Part shown: positions 9,759 through 20,224 of the stretch, one piece after another
Position numbering within the stretch: the first letter of the stretch is position 1
Layout of the letters: each line of letters begins with the position of its first letter
DNA from: a virus
Taxonomy: Duplodnaviria > Caudoviricetes
Length of the DNA: 42,811 nt
IMG/VR virus record: IMGVR_UViG_3300012943_000042
Location: 1-42,811 of that record
Strand: one strand, 5' to 3'
Position numbers and translations under genes: made by a program
The notes under the pieces: generated by a model
What the model was told of the DNA's origin: nothing
Database searches by the model: none
What the model saw: the letters and a program-made list of their open reading frames with translations, nothing else

Positions 9759-10471
9759 GTAGACTAGTTTGGGGAGAGCTCAAAGAGCGAAAGACACTAC
9801 AGGGCGCCGATAGAGGAGTATTTTACCCAAAAAATGGCCTAGGAGTCGCTTGGAATGGTCTTTTGGCTGTAAAAGAGGGGTCAGATGACGCTGTTCGCGT
9901 AGAGACCCATCTAGATGGCGTTAAGATGACAAATCAAGAGACTACTGGGGCCTTTTCTGCGGTTGTTAAATGCTTCACTTATCCAGAGGGTCTAGATAAG
10001 GGCTCACAGTTTGATTTTTCCTACCGTACTTTTTATGGTGGGAAGCCTCAGATACATCTCGTTTACAACGCGAGAGCAGTTCCTTCTGAAAAGAGTTATC
10101 CCTCCATCAATGATTCGCCACAACCAATAGATTTCGAGTTTAACGTCTCAACGAAGCCTCTCATATTTCAAGATAAGTACCGTTTGTCTCATTTGATTGT
10201 TGATGCAAACATATCTTATGAGTGGGTGGTTAAAGGTGTTGAGGATATTCTTTATGGAGAAGAAGGCGATCCTAGGATGCCAACTCCAGAAGAGGTATTT
10301 GAGATCTACCAAGAAGGCGCCATACTCAAAGTTCATAATAATGGTGATGGGACGTATACCATAACAGGTCCGGAGTCAGCTGTTAAATGGCTAGATGATG
10401 ATACAGTTCAACTTAAGTGGCCTTCGGTGATCTGGTTGAATGAGGAGACATTCCAAATTAGTTCGCTTTAG
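9755..10471 (+). CDS. Tail-tube paralog 3 with C-terminal extension
   Basis: MSRLVW...GADRGVFY...AWNGL...IHLVYNARAVPSEKSY matches the major tail protein pattern. Confidence 0.7.
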   Translation: MSRLVWGELKERKTLQGADRGVFYPKNGLGVAWNGLLAVKEGSDDAVRVETHLDGVKMTNQETTGAFSAVVKCFTYPEGLDKGSQFDFSYRTFYGGKPQIHLVYNARAVPSEKSYPSINDSPQPIDFEFNVSTKPLIFQDKYRLSHLIVDANISYEWVVKGVEDILYGEEGDPRMPTPEEVFEIYQEGAILKVHNNGDGTYTITGPESAVKWLDDDTVQLKWPSVIWLNEETFQISSL

Positions 10472-10483
10472 AAAGGAGGCGAC

Positions 10484-11671
10484 ATGCCAGAAGATGGCGT
10501 TGCTATCGTATTCGGCAAAGAACGAATGGAAGCAATTGAAGCCGCCTCCATTATCGATGGTTTGGTAAACGTCGACGGCGATCTGATGCTTAAGAATTTT
10601 GGTGGGGATTGGATCAATGCCGGGCATGTAGTCGGTCCTCAAGGTGATGATGGCGACCAAAACGTTGTTGTAGATGATACTAGAGTTGAAGCAGATACTC
10701 CAGATCTATTTACAGAAACAATAACGGTTACCGGAACGGCTTCTACCGTTGGCACTTGGTTTGCTGCACCAGCAACTGTAACCACAGTAAGAGGTAGTAC
10801 AGGCGATAGGGTTGTACAAACACTGGTTGTTAAAAACACAGGTGTTGTTTGGGTTAGAACCTCAATGTCACCTACTACTTGGGCAGCTTGGGTTCAGTAT
10901 CCAACTAAAACTTATGTGGATGCTCTAGGTGTCTCAGCAGCAACGGCTAATACAATCATGCGTCGTGATGGTAGTGGTAAAGCTCAAGTGGCTACTCCTA
11001 CAGCGGCAGCTGATATTGTACGAAAAGACTATGCTGATGGTTTGATCACACCAACCTCGATACCGGGTAGTGCGAATCTTAATAGCTACACAGCGAATGG
11101 TGTATACTATCAGACAAGTAACGCTAATGCTGCTTCTGGATCTAACTATCCAGTAGCTCTTGCCGGATTGTTGGAAGTGTCTACCCCTTCGTCGGGATAT
11201 GTACATCAGCGCTACACAGTGTATCGTGATGGTACTTTAGCAAACCAAAGAACATGGACTCGTAGATTTTACAGTTCAGTATGGTCTGACTGGACATCCC
11301 CCGATGGTGATAGTGGACTCGTTACTAGCGGTATTGCTACGGCATCAACAGGTTGGACTGTAGATAGTCAGCAGGCTAGAAAGTTTGGCCCATTCATCTG
11401 GCTGTATCTAGCTATAACTCGTACAGGTGCTGCTATATCTGTCGGGGGTACAGGAAACATAACCAATGTCAACATATGCACATTGGGAACGGCTTGGAGA
11501 CCAATGGCCGCCGGCAATGCTTTGAGTCTTACATCAGCATCAACTGGTAGAGCAGCAATGTTTGCTCTTACAAGTGCTGGCGTAGTATCTATAGCAGCAG
11601 TTGGAGGAACCTCTGACTGTGCTAGTGGTGAACAATGGTCACTTAGTGGAATGTACATGGCCGATACATAA
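10484..11671 (+). CDS. Tail fibre / receptor-binding-like protein (pyocin-knob-like domain)
   Basis: Short GPQGDDGD collagen-like stretch; ANLNSYTANGVYYQ...NYP...AGLLEV...QRY...WSDW knob pattern; Thr/Ser/Gly rich. Confidence 0.65.
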   Translation: MPEDGVAIVFGKERMEAIEAASIIDGLVNVDGDLMLKNFGGDWINAGHVVGPQGDDGDQNVVVDDTRVEADTPDLFTETITVTGTASTVGTWFAAPATVTTVRGSTGDRVVQTLVVKNTGVVWVRTSMSPTTWAAWVQYPTKTYVDALGVSAATANTIMRRDGSGKAQVATPTAAADIVRKDYADGLITPTSIPGSANLNSYTANGVYYQTSNANAASGSNYPVALAGLLEVSTPSSGYVHQRYTVYRDGTLANQRTWTRRFYSSVWSDWTSPDGDSGLVTSGIATASTGWTVDSQQARKFGPFIWLYLAITRTGAAISVGGTGNITNVNICTLGTAWRPMAAGNALSLTSASTGRAAMFALTSAGVVSIAAVGGTSDCASGEQWSLSGMYMADT

Positions 11672-11685
11672 AGAAAGGGAGTCTA

Positions 11686-12066
11686 ATGATTACATTCACA
11701 TCAAAGGGCTCCTGGAAGGACACCGACAAATTCCTAGCAGCGATGGTCCAGGATGACTATATTACGTCACAACTAGATGCTGCTGGACGTGCTGGTGTCC
11801 AAGCGTTGGCCTCGGCCACCCCCTCCGAAACGGGTCTAGCGGCCCATTCGTGGAGCTACGAGATAATCAAGGGGAAGTCCTCGTGGTCCGTCGTGTGGAG
11901 AAACTCCGACACGGCCGAGGGGGTGCCGGTGGTCATCCTTCTGCAATACGGTCACGCGACTGGCACAGGAGGTTACGTGCAGGGTAGAGACTTCATCAAT
12001 CCTGCCATCCGTCCTATATTTGATCAAATTTCTGACAGCGTCTGGAAGGCGGTGACATCGGCATGA
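11686..12066 (+). CDS. HK97 gp10-like tail completion protein
   Basis: ATPSETG...SW...LQYGH.T..GGYVQGRDFINPA pattern. Confidence 0.65.
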   Translation: MITFTSKGSWKDTDKFLAAMVQDDYITSQLDAAGRAGVQALASATPSETGLAAHSWSYEIIKGKSSWSVVWRNSDTAEGVPVVILLQYGHATGTGGYVQGRDFINPAIRPIFDQISDSVWKAVTSA

Positions 12067-15000
12067 GCGGTAAAGTAGACGAGCGCGTAGTTGGAATGAC
12101 CTTCGACAACGGCAACTTCAAGAAGAATGCCGGCGACACCATCTCTATGTTGGACAAGCTCAAGTCCTCTCTCAACATGGACGGCGCGAAGAAGGGTCTT
12201 TCGGACCTTTCGGATGCTGGAAAGCGCTTCTCCTTGCAGGGAATTGCTGAGGGCGTCGATGGCATCGCTTCGAAGTTCACGGCGTTGAGTATCATCGGAA
12301 TCACTGCGCTGGCAAACATCGCGAGTAAAGCGGTCGACGTCGGCATACAGTTGGTTAAATCGCTTACGATCGATCCAATTTCCGCTGGTCTCCAGGAGTA
12401 CGAGACTGGGCTGACAGCCATTCAAACCATCTTGGCAAACACCAAGAGCAAGGGCGAAGGGCTCGAGTCCATCGGCGCTGCATTGCAGACGTTGAACGAC
12501 TACTCAGACAAGACCATTTACAACTTCGGCCAGATGACCGACGGTGTGAAGACGCTTACCACGTCCGGTCTCGAGTTGCAGCCGGCCGTTGACACGGTGA
12601 AGGGCTTCGCGAACGCGGCTGCTCTCGCTGGTGTTGGCGCAAACGAGATGGCTAGCGCCCTTAAGTATGGTCTGAACCAGGCCATGACCAAGGGTAAGAT
12701 GATGACGCAGGACTGGATGTCTCTCGAGACGTCTGGTATCGCGGGTGAAGGCTTTAGGAACGCCATCATGGAGACCGCGCGCGTACAAGGTGTAAACGTT
12801 GACAAGATCATCAAGAAGAATGGCTCATTCCGCGACTCCCTGAAGGATGGCTGGCTCACGTCAGAGATCCTCAGTGAGACCCTCCGAAAGTACACCGGCG
12901 AGCTCTCGGACGCGCAGTTGAAGTCCATGGGCTACTCGAAGGACCAGATCAAGGCGATCCAAGAAACTGCCGCCGCTGCTGTCGCTGCCGCACAGGATGT
13001 TAAGACGGGCACTCAGCTCATCGACACCCTCAAGGAAAGCGTCGGCTCTGGCTGGGCTAAGACTTGGCAGATCGTCTTCGGCGATTTGGAAGATGCTAAG
13101 AAGTTGTGGACGGGATTGAACAATGTGATCTCTCCCTTCATCAGCACCCTCTCTGACGCCCGAAACATGTCCCTCACAAAGATCTTCGGGAAGTGGCGAG
13201 AGCTCGGCGGCGTTGATTCGCTGCTAAGGGGTATCTCAAACACGTTCGAGGTGATTGCTAGGGTGCTTCGACCCATCAAGGATGCCTTCTCGGAGGTCTT
13301 CCCACCGATGACTGGTGAGCGTCTCTTCGCTCTGACTGAGAGTTTTGCAAACTTCACCGAGAAGCTCAAAATGGGAGAGGAAACTGCGGACAACCTGAAG
13401 CGCACCTTCAAGGGAGTCTTCGCTTTCTTTAGCATCATCGGTCAAGTAGTCAAGGGTCTCCTCGGAGTCTTCAGCGGATTGTTCTCGCAGGTCGGAGATG
13501 CCGCCGGGGGAGTCCTCAGTTTCACGGCTAAGATCGGTGACTGGCTTGTTAGCGTCAACGAGGCTCTCAAGAAGGGTACGGCGCTTAAGACTTTCTTCTC
13601 CAACCTTGCCGCGGTCATCCAATGGCCCATCGACAAGCTCAAGGAAGCGGTCCAGTGGTTTAAGAACCTCTTCAATGGCGACATCGACACGTCCGGTTTC
13701 GCTGCGGTGTTCCAGCTCATTGGAGACCGTCTTGCTCCCGTCGTGGATCTGTTCAAGAAGGGCGCTTCGGCGATCAAGAACTTCTTCTCTGGAGACGGCA
13801 CAATTGCCTCCGGGGAGAACCCGATCGTTAAGTTCATAAACAACCTTAGCGAGACGCTCTTCGACGCTGTCCAGTCCATGGATTACAGCAGCATCTTCGA
13901 CGCTCTGAGCGCCGGCCTAATCGTCGGTCTTATCGTCATGATAAAGAAGTTCCTCAAGGGCAACCCGATCACGAAGCTTGTTGACGGTCTCGTTGGCGGA
14001 TTCAAGGGCGGCATTGACCGCGTTGCTGGTTCGGTGGCAAACATCTTTGACACGATGACGTCCACTCTCAAAACCATGCAGCAGCAGATCAAGGCTAAGA
14101 CTCTCCTCATGATCGCAGGGGCAGTTCTGATGCTTGCTGCCTCGGCAGTTGCCCTGTCTATGGTCGACTCCAAGAAGCTTGCGGTCGCCATGGGCGCTCT
14201 GACAGGCATGTTTGCTCAACTGGTAGTCTCGCTCAAGCTCCTCGAGAGCAGCGTGGCGACCAAGGGTATGGCTAAGCTTCCCGTTATTGCGACGGGTCTT
14301 ATTCTGCTCGCTGTTGCGGTAAATATCCTCACGATCGCAGTTACACGCCTGGCGAAGCTCGACTGGGAGGGGCTTGGTAAGGGACTTGCAGGTGTCGGAG
14401 CACTGCTCGGCATGATTATTGGTCTCACGTATGCGCTTCCTAAGGACGGCGGGCCAAGAATGGCTGCGCTAGGCTTTGGGTTGATCATATTGTCCACTGG
14501 TCTGCGCATCATGACTACTTCCGTGATTGCCTTGTCTACTTTGGACTGGGTTGGTCTCGCTAAGGGTCTTCTCGGCGTAGCCGCCCTTCTGGGTATGGTT
14601 ATCGGTTTGACATATGCGATGCCTGCATCTGGCGGAGCTAAGCTGATCCTGATAGGTGCAGGATTGGTTATATTGTCGCTTGCACTGAAGATGATGGCGG
14701 GTGTAGTTACAACCTTCGCCGGATTTGATGTGGCTACGTTCGGTATGGGTATCGGCATGATCACAGCACTTCTTGGGATCATTGCTATATTTAGCCGAAT
14801 TACGGGCAACGGAGCAAATCTCCTTGCGTCTGCGGTGGGACTCGTAGTTCTCGCCCAGGGTATGAAGATGCTAAGCGATGTAGTCACGGTCTTTGCTGCA
14901 CTTTCTTGGGAGCAGCTGGGTAAGGGTATGGCGGGTCTCGCCGGTGCGCTTCTCATTATCGCCGGGGCTATGCATCTCATGCCCAAGAATATGTTGGTAT

Positions 15001-16553
15001 CTGCGGCCAGCCTGGTTGTTGTCGGCTATGCGCTTGGCTTGATTTCTAAGGCTATGTCTGCCTTTGGCGGCATGGATTGGACGTCAGTCGGTAAGAGTAT
15101 GGTTATGCTTGCTGGTTCTCTGGCGATCATTGCCGGCGCCATGTATTTGATGAGTGGAGCTCTGCCTGGCGCAGCGGCTCTCATCATCGTTGCAGGAGCG
15201 CTCATGCTCATGGTTCCCGTGCTTCAGGCTCTGGGGGCTATGCAGTGGGAAGAGATCGGAAAGGGTCTTGTGGCTCTGGCGGGAGTATTCTTGGTACTCG
15301 GTGTGGCAGCTCTCGTTCTGACCCCTGTGGTACCGATTATCCTCGCTCTGGGTATCGCTATCGGTCTACTTGGCATTGGCCTTATGGCCATCGGAGCCGC
15401 TGTGCTTCTATTTGCCATGGGTATGACCGCTCTTGCCGCCCTTGGAGCCGTTGGAGCAGCAGCTCTTACTCTGGTAATCACAGCTATATTGTCACTGATC
15501 CCTCTAGCCTTGCAGAAGCTTGGTGAGGGCATTGTGGCCTTTGCTAAGGTGATTGGTGAGTCTGGACCGGTGTTTGTCGAAGCGATGACTACTCTGATCA
15601 TGTCAATCCTGACTACGATTCAGAATGTCGCACCTGAGATCCAGAGAACCTTCCTGATGCTCATCGCTAGATTGCTTCAGACGATTGTTGTAGCGGTACC
15701 TATGTTTGTAGTCGCAGCTATCAAGTTGATGACTGGCATCCTAGAGGGTATTGCTAAGAACATCGGTAAGGTGATCGATGCTGGTGCTGATCTGATTGTT
15801 CAGTTCCTTAAGGGTATCGGACGTAATATTCCGAAGGTCCTAACGGCAGCCGCTGACCTGATCATCGACTTCTTGAACGGCATCGCTGATACGATCGATA
15901 AGAAGTCTGGTGAAATTCAGGATGCTGGTCTGAACATCGCTAAGGCGATCATCAAGGGAATGACTAGCGGTCTCACTAAGGGTATATCTGCGGTCACGGA
16001 TGCGGCTAAGAATGTGGCTAAGGGCGCACTCAATGGCGCTAAGAAGCTGTTGGGCATTAACTCCCCATCTAAGGAGTTCGACTGGATCGGTGAGATGTCT
16101 GTGGATGGCTTCATCAACCCGTTCATGACCTCTACAAAGAAGGTTATGGATGCCACTGGTGTCATGGGTAATGCGGCTTTGGACGGTTTGAAGGACTCGA
16201 TGGCTGGGATCTCCGATGTGGTTGACACCAACATGGAGCTTAACCCGGTCATTGCTCCTGTGCTGGATCTGACAGCAATCAAGAAGGGTGCTGGCGAGAT
16301 TGATACTCTTGTCACTCCGTCCTCGATTGATGTCAATGGTACATATTCCAGGGCTACAGCCGCCTCTACGGCCTACCAGTCGAACAAGGATCTGGCAGCA
16401 ACGATGGACTCCACGACAGAGGCTCCGTCTACCAATGTTCTGTTCAACCAGACCATTAACTCGCCGAAGGATCCGAACCCGGCCGAGATCTACCGTCAAT
16501 CTAAGAACCTAATATCTGCCGCGAAGGGAGCTCTGGAGAAGAAAAATGCTTGA
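12063..16553 (+). CDS. Tape measure protein
   Basis: 1496 aa; Ala/Gly/Leu-rich helical repeats; C-terminal LGINSPSK motif; position in tail module. Confidence 0.93.
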   Translation: MSGKVDERVVGMTFDNGNFKKNAGDTISMLDKLKSSLNMDGAKKGLSDLSDAGKRFSLQGIAEGVDGIASKFTALSIIGITALANIASKAVDVGIQLVKSLTIDPISAGLQEYETGLTAIQTILANTKSKGEGLESIGAALQTLNDYSDKTIYNFGQMTDGVKTLTTSGLELQPAVDTVKGFANAAALAGVGANEMASALKYGLNQAMTKGKMMTQDWMSLETSGIAGEGFRNAIMETARVQGVNVDKIIKKNGSFRDSLKDGWLTSEILSETLRKYTGELSDAQLKSMGYSKDQIKAIQETAAAAVAAAQDVKTGTQLIDTLKESVGSGWAKTWQIVFGDLEDAKKLWTGLNNVISPFISTLSDARNMSLTKIFGKWRELGGVDSLLRGISNTFEVIARVLRPIKDAFSEVFPPMTGERLFALTESFANFTEKLKMGEETADNLKRTFKGVFAFFSIIGQVVKGLLGVFSGLFSQVGDAAGGVLSFTAKIGDWLVSVNEALKKGTALKTFFSNLAAVIQWPIDKLKEAVQWFKNLFNGDIDTSGFAAVFQLIGDRLAPVVDLFKKGASAIKNFFSGDGTIASGENPIVKFINNLSETLFDAVQSMDYSSIFDALSAGLIVGLIVMIKKFLKGNPITKLVDGLVGGFKGGIDRVAGSVANIFDTMTSTLKTMQQQIKAKTLLMIAGAVLMLAASAVALSMVDSKKLAVAMGALTGMFAQLVVSLKLLESSVATKGMAKLPVIATGLILLAVAVNILTIAVTRLAKLDWEGLGKGLAGVGALLGMIIGLTYALPKDGGPRMAALGFGLIILSTGLRIMTTSVIALSTLDWVGLAKGLLGVAALLGMVIGLTYAMPASGGAKLILIGAGLVILSLALKMMAGVVTTFAGFDVATFGMGIGMITALLGIIAIFSRITGNGANLLASAVGLVVLAQGMKMLSDVVTVFAALSWEQLGKGMAGLAGALLIIAGAMHLMPKNMLVSAASLVVVGYALGLISKAMSAFGGMDWTSVGKSMVMLAGSLAIIAGAMYLMSGALPGAAALIIVAGALMLMVPVLQALGAMQWEEIGKGLVALAGVFLVLGVAALVLTPVVPIILALGIAIGLLGIGLMAIGAAVLLFAMGMTALAALGAVGAAALTLVITAILSLIPLALQKLGEGIVAFAKVIGESGPVFVEAMTTLIMSILTTIQNVAPEIQRTFLMLIARLLQTIVVAVPMFVVAAIKLMTGILEGIAKNIGKVIDAGADLIVQFLKGIGRNIPKVLTAAADLIIDFLNGIADTIDKKSGEIQDAGLNIAKAIIKGMTSGLTKGISAVTDAAKNVAKGALNGAKKLLGINSPSKEFDWIGEMSVDGFINPFMTSTKKVMDATGVMGNAALDGLKDSMAGISDVVDTNMELNPVIAPVLDLTAIKKGAGEIDTLVTPSSIDVNGTYSRATAASTAYQSNKDLAATMDSTTEAPSTNVLFNQTINSPKDPNPAEIYRQSKNLISAAKGALEKKNA

Positions 16554-17367
16554 TCAATTGACAGTCGTTAATGCTCAAGGCGACACTCTGGAGCTCCCTT
16601 TGTGGGATACGGATAGCGGGTATACGGTGAAGGAGATCACGGGTCTGGACCCGGTCAAGGCGACTATCGTGACTAGCAACTTCGCTCAGATCGATGGAGA
16701 TCAGTACCAGAACTCGCATCGAGAGAAGCGTAACCCGGTCATTAAACTGGGGTTGAGCAAGGATCATCCAACAAGGGATGTGCGTGACTTGAGGAAGCAG
16801 CTTTACAACTTCTTCATGCCAAAGCGTCCTGTCAGTATGATATTTGGCGATTCGTCAGGTATCAACTATTTGATCACTGGTCGGATTGAGTCGTTTGAGT
16901 CTCCTTTATTCACGAAGGACCCTGAGGCGACTATATCGGTGCTGTGTTTTGACCCTGACTTCTACCTTCCTGACGAAACTGTGGTGAGTGGTAGCACGGT
17001 TTCTACAGCAACAGAGATGACCATCAACTATGAAGGTGATATCGAGACAGGAGTAGAGTTTCAGCTTAATCTTAACCGTACGTGCGATGGGGTAACACTC
17101 TATCAGACGGCGGGTAATAATTATATTCGTACGATCGAGATCACCTACGATTTTCTCTCCGGAGACGTTCTGAAAGTTAACACAGTATCTGGACAGAAGA
17201 AGATCACGGTTAGTCGAGCTGGCACTGAGTACTCTATCTTGTACGCACGATCTACGTCCTCTTCGTGGATCACTCTACAACCAGGGGAGAATGGATTTCG
17301 TGCGTATGCGGAGGGGGCAGCAATCCCTTACACCGTGTCGTATAAGACCAAATTTGGAGGTCTGTAA
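16546..17367 (+). CDS. Distal tail (Dit)-like protein
   Basis: 273 aa directly after tape measure; ends LQPGENGF... Confidence 0.75.
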   Translation: MLDQLTVVNAQGDTLELPLWDTDSGYTVKEITGLDPVKATIVTSNFAQIDGDQYQNSHREKRNPVIKLGLSKDHPTRDVRDLRKQLYNFFMPKRPVSMIFGDSSGINYLITGRIESFESPLFTKDPEATISVLCFDPDFYLPDETVVSGSTVSTATEMTINYEGDIETGVEFQLNLNRTCDGVTLYQTAGNNYIRTIEITYDFLSGDVLKVNTVSGQKKITVSRAGTEYSILYARSTSSSWITLQPGENGFRAYAEGAAIPYTVSYKTKFGGL

Positions 17368-18629
17368 TGGAACTCCTTCTCTTGGATGATGCTCTACGCT
17401 CTGTAGAGGTGATTGACAACTTCGAGTCCCTTATTTGGACTGAGCGGTTCAATGAGAATGGTGACTTTGAGATGCTCATTGTCTCAACTAACCAAACTCG
17501 CAGTTGGTTGGTCGAAGGGGTCAAGTGCACCGTTGCTGGCTCATATTATGTCATGACTATCGAGACTGTGGAGAAGACCGTAGACTCTGATGGCCGATCG
17601 ATGCTCAAGGTGAGTGGATATTCTCTTGAGGCGATGTTGAAGGATCGCGTAGCGAAACACACACTAAGTAATCTTACAACTGAGCCTTACTGGGTGATCT
17701 CTGATACGCCTGGTGGCATCATGAAGACTATATTTAACGCTATTTGTATTGACGGTGATCTTGATAGCGGGGACATAATCCCCTATATTCAAGAGGGTGA
17801 GCTGTTGGTCACACCAGGCTCCTGGTATTCTCTTCCTGACGATCTCTATTGGGATGATGCTGTTGGCATCTGGGAGGATGGTTACGCAGGATACACGCCT
17901 GGTGGTAGCGGAGATACTGGTGATGAGATTACGGTGAGCTTGAAGCCTGGTTCCGTGTATGACGCATTTCGTTCGATTTGCCAAGTATATGGGATTGGGT
18001 TCAGGCTTATTCGTAATGGAGAAGAATCTGAGCTATATTTCGAGGTCTACGAGGGCTTCGATCGCACAATTGGCCAGGACGATCTTCCACCGGTGGTCTT
18101 CAGCATTGACATGGACAATCTCTCGGATAGCTCCGAATTCAACTCGTTGTCAGGTAGTAAGAACGTAGCTTACGTCTTTTCTACGAACGGGTATGCTGTG
18201 GTATACGCACCTGGTGTGGACCCAGCAGTTGCAGGCTTCCAACGTCGAGTGCTAATGGTAGATGCTAGTGATGTAGATATGGCTGCGGGGGCTCCCCTCA
18301 CAGATCTGCTCAACCAGCGTGGACTAGCAGCACTAGGCGAGAACAAGCAAGTTGCAGCGTTTGATGGTGAGATCAGCAAGTTCGGACCATATCGGTACGG
18401 AATTGACTATTTCTTGGGTGACGTGATCACCGTTGAGAACTCGGATGGTGTAAACACTAAGATGCGCGTCACAGAGCAGATCTTGGTGCATGACACACAA
18501 GGAGAACGATCTTACCCCACACTTGTACAGGACGTGACTGTCGATCCTGGCTCCTGGTATTCGCTACCTTCATATTTGGAGTGGCCGGACGCAGTTGGAG
18601 TCTGGGGAGATGCTCACTACGACCCATAG
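17367..18629 (+). CDS. Baseplate hub / Tal-like minor tail protein (Gp37-like)
   Basis: IDNFESLIWTERFNENGDFE and YGIDYFLGDVITV patterns; follows Dit. Confidence 0.78.
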   Translation: MELLLLDDALRSVEVIDNFESLIWTERFNENGDFEMLIVSTNQTRSWLVEGVKCTVAGSYYVMTIETVEKTVDSDGRSMLKVSGYSLEAMLKDRVAKHTLSNLTTEPYWVISDTPGGIMKTIFNAICIDGDLDSGDIIPYIQEGELLVTPGSWYSLPDDLYWDDAVGIWEDGYAGYTPGGSGDTGDEITVSLKPGSVYDAFRSICQVYGIGFRLIRNGEESELYFEVYEGFDRTIGQDDLPPVVFSIDMDNLSDSSEFNSLSGSKNVAYVFSTNGYAVVYAPGVDPAVAGFQRRVLMVDASDVDMAAGAPLTDLLNQRGLAALGENKQVAAFDGEISKFGPYRYGIDYFLGDVITVENSDGVNTKMRVTEQILVHDTQGERSYPTLVQDVTVDPGSWYSLPSYLEWPDAVGVWGDAHYDP

Positions 18630-18639
18630 GAGATGAATT

Positions 18640-18882
18640 ATGGCTATCGGTGACGATGCAACCGCTGCTGGTTATCCACTAGTTCCGAATACGGGGTCGG
18701 GTGCAGAGGTTAAGTACGGGGGTCGAGAGATCAACCGCACAAGAGATTTCGTGGCTCAGGTGAAGGCTCTTATTCCAACGAGTAAGGCCCTTTACCGAGC
18801 TGCGTCAGGCATATCCTCAGGCACATCGACTCCTTCTGACGCGTCAGGGGCTGACGGCGACATATATCTAAAGACTCTGTAG
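18640..18882 (+). CDS. Small minor tail protein
   Basis: SD AGGAG; ends GTSTPSDASGADGDIYLK, a pattern common in tail proteins. Confidence 0.6.
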   Translation: MAIGDDATAAGYPLVPNTGSGAEVKYGGREINRTRDFVAQVKALIPTSKALYRAASGISSGTSTPSDASGADGDIYLKTL

Positions 18883-18889
18883 GTGACTC

Positions 18890-19618
18890 ATGACAGACTA
18901 TGAGAAGGCTACAGGCTCTGGTGGTCGGATGGTCATCCGTGATGACGGGGATGACACTGTACAGTTCCTTATTCAAGCTGGCTTCTCGACCACCTTTAAA
19001 GCTGACATGCCGTTCAGCTGGACGGTCAACGGATCAAGCGGAAGCGACACAAAGGACTATCCAACGGGTGCTCCTTTGCTTCTACTCAAGACCTTCACAG
19101 TCACGACCTCCCAGACCGTTACATTCACTCTGGGTTCGACTGGCACGTCAGGTCTTGGTGGACCTACTACCTTCAGTAAGGCTATATCTAGGTCGACAGT
19201 ACCAGGTAAACCTACCCTAGATGCGCCCGTGATGACTCACACGACAGCTGTTATCCGTTGGGCTGACGGCACTACAGGTGGGTCTGCGATCACATCAAGG
19301 CAGTATCAGATATCCACGAGTTCCAGCTTCACTGGTGCTACATGGGTAACTGGTGGTGTCCTTACAAGCGGTAAGTACCAAGTGACCATCAGCAACCTTA
19401 TCCCAGGAACTACGTATTACTTCCGTGTACGCTCCGTCAACGCAGTAGGTAACGGCACAGCATCAGACTCTAAGACTGCTGCTACGTATGCCGGTGCTCG
19501 AGTGCGTGTAGGTGGTGTGTGGAAGAACGCTGTTCCTTACGTTAGAGTTGCTGGTGTATGGAAAGTCGCTGTTCCATACGTGAAGGTCGGAGGTACGTGG
19601 AAGGCGACAACCATATAA
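18890..19618 (+). CDS. Minor tail protein with fibronectin type III domain
   Basis: PGKP...W...GGSAIT..YQ...LIPGTTYYFRVRSVNAVG FN3 signature; C-terminal VxVxGxWK repeats. Confidence 0.75.
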   Translation: MTDYEKATGSGGRMVIRDDGDDTVQFLIQAGFSTTFKADMPFSWTVNGSSGSDTKDYPTGAPLLLLKTFTVTTSQTVTFTLGSTGTSGLGGPTTFSKAISRSTVPGKPTLDAPVMTHTTAVIRWADGTTGGSAITSRQYQISTSSSFTGATWVTGGVLTSGKYQVTISNLIPGTTYYFRVRSVNAVGNGTASDSKTAATYAGARVRVGGVWKNAVPYVRVAGVWKVAVPYVKVGGTWKATTI

Positions 19619-20031
19619 TGAGCTTTTCTAGCGCTATGGTTGCTATTGTTATCGGTATGCTCTCATCTACTGGCCTCTGGTCATATTTGCAGCGACGCGC
19701 AGAGCGTAAGGCCGAGCAATTGAAGGAAGAGAGTGTCACTGAGAAGGCGACTACTCGACTTCTTCTAGGTATCGCTCATGATCGCATTATTTGGCTAGGA
19801 ATGGCCTTCAAGGAACGTGGTTATATTACAAAGGATGAATACGAAGACTTTTTCTTCTATCTTTGTGATCCATATTCTACGTTCGGAGGCAATGGACTGG
19901 CTGAGAAGATTATAGACGATGTGAAGAAACTTCCTATCATTAACCATCCACAAAACTCCAAACCAAAACATAAGGAGGAACCTGATGAACGACGAGACCA
20001 ATCCGTGGCACCTCACAGACAAGACGTATAA
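19618..20031 (+). CDS. Membrane-anchored holin-associated protein
   Basis: ATG 19618 overlaps upstream stop (TAATG); N-terminal hydrophobic helix; Y...GGNG motif; precedes holin. Confidence 0.6.
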   Translation: MSFSSAMVAIVIGMLSSTGLWSYLQRRAERKAEQLKEESVTEKATTRLLLGIAHDRIIWLGMAFKERGYITKDEYEDFFFYLCDPYSTFGGNGLAEKIIDDVKKLPIINHPQNSKPKHKEEPDERRDQSVAPHRQDV

Positions 20032-20224
20032 CGTCCTTCGCTTGCTGGTGACCATTGTACTGCCGGCAATTGCTGCGCTGTACACGGGTCTTGCCGCTCT
20101 CTGGAACTGGGGTTATATTCCAGAGATCGTGGGAACTATCTCTCTGATCACTGTCTTCTTGGCGACCGTTCTCGGCATCAGCCGTGTTGGTTACAACAAG
20201 ACACAAGGACCAGGCTCGCAGTAA
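19985..20224 (+). CDS. Holin (Dp-1-like)
   Basis: 79 aa, two hydrophobic helices, DKTYNVLR...LPAIAALY...LW.W; SD AAGGAGG. Confidence 0.78.
   Translation: MNDETNPWHLTDKTYNVLRLLVTIVLPAIAALYTGLAALWNWGYIPEIVGTISLITVFLATVLGISRVGYNKTQGPGSQ

Noticed and set aside
6848-18612. Duplicated segments (capsid/tail, hub protein) as DGR template and variable repeats
   Set aside because: No reverse transcriptase, both copies are coding, and differences are not adenine-specific
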